Part shown: in pieces, positions 52,150-52,348 of the stretch
Layout: each line of letters opens with the position of its first letter
Numbering within the stretch: the first letter of the stretch is position 1
Source: a virus
Lineage: Duplodnaviria > Caudoviricetes
DNA: 52,348 nt
Strand: one strand, 5' to 3'
IMG/VR virus record: IMGVR_UViG_3300049007_000012
Coordinates: 1 to 52,348 of that record
Program-made: the position numbers and the translations under genes
Notes under the pieces: model-generated
Database searches by the model: none
Told to the model about the DNA's origin: nothing
The model's input: the letters and a program-made list of their open reading frames with translations, nothing else

Positions 52150-52348
52150 TGCGTGCGGCCGCTCGAACGGCCGGCGAGCGTCGTGTCCGCTGGTGGCTGG
52201 CCGCCGCGTGTGTCGCCGCCCTCGTCTTCCGGGCCGATGCGGCCGCAGCCCAGGAACCGCCACGCTCTGCCACCGAGCCGCCCGGCGGCTACCAGGTACC
52301 CGCCGGCTGCCCGGGCGGCCCGGCAGGCCCGCCCGCTCCGGGCACACA
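52149..52348 (+). CDS. 5' part of next conjugation gene (signal-peptide-like start), truncated
   Basis: TGATG coupling; WWLAAACVAALVF...AAAAQE. Confidence 0.5.
   Translation, partial: MRAAARTAGERRVRWWLAAACVAALVFRADAAAAQEPPRSATEPPGGYQVPAGCPGGPAGPPAPGT

Larger units (their letters stand above)
44182..52348. mobile_element. ICE-like conjugative island (left part, truncated by window)
   Basis: Serine recombinase next to tRNA site, then T4SS-type genes; different codon style. Confidence 0.8.

Overview
Very GC-rich actinobacterial DNA (taxon not determinable from this window). Two host genes (uracil-DNA glycosylase, acetoacetate-decarboxylase-family protein) precede a tRNA-Glu(CTC) at 1549-1624. 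That tRNA is the insertion site of an apparently complete ~42.6 kb temperate siphovirus-type prophage bounded by a 44-bp direct repeat (1581-1624 and 44138-44181). The prophage has tyrosine integrase, repressor/cro/xis switch, Gam-like and AAA recombination genes, a TGT/DpdA-like + two DNA methyltransferase cassette, replication initiator, terminase, its own tRNA(CAT), head, tail, lysis and fibre modules, and an XRE-TPR-like regulator. Immediately beyond attR lies a second element, the left part of an ICE-like island (large serine recombinase, sigma-like protein, TcpC-like, VirB4-like ATPase), cut by the window end. Most notable observations: (1) a phage-specific late promoter motif RCCTACCCG-N5-SANNNT-N6/7-start repeated before late genes; (2) an altered initiator-like phage tRNA; (3) a tandem structured RNA-like leader with covarying stems before the capsid gene; (4) a triple CCCH-type insert in the integrase; (5) tail chaperone duplication apparently replacing the frameshift; (6) the serine recombinase ORF ending antisense in the tRNA anticodon loop. 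All calls come from reading motifs by eye; no database search was run.
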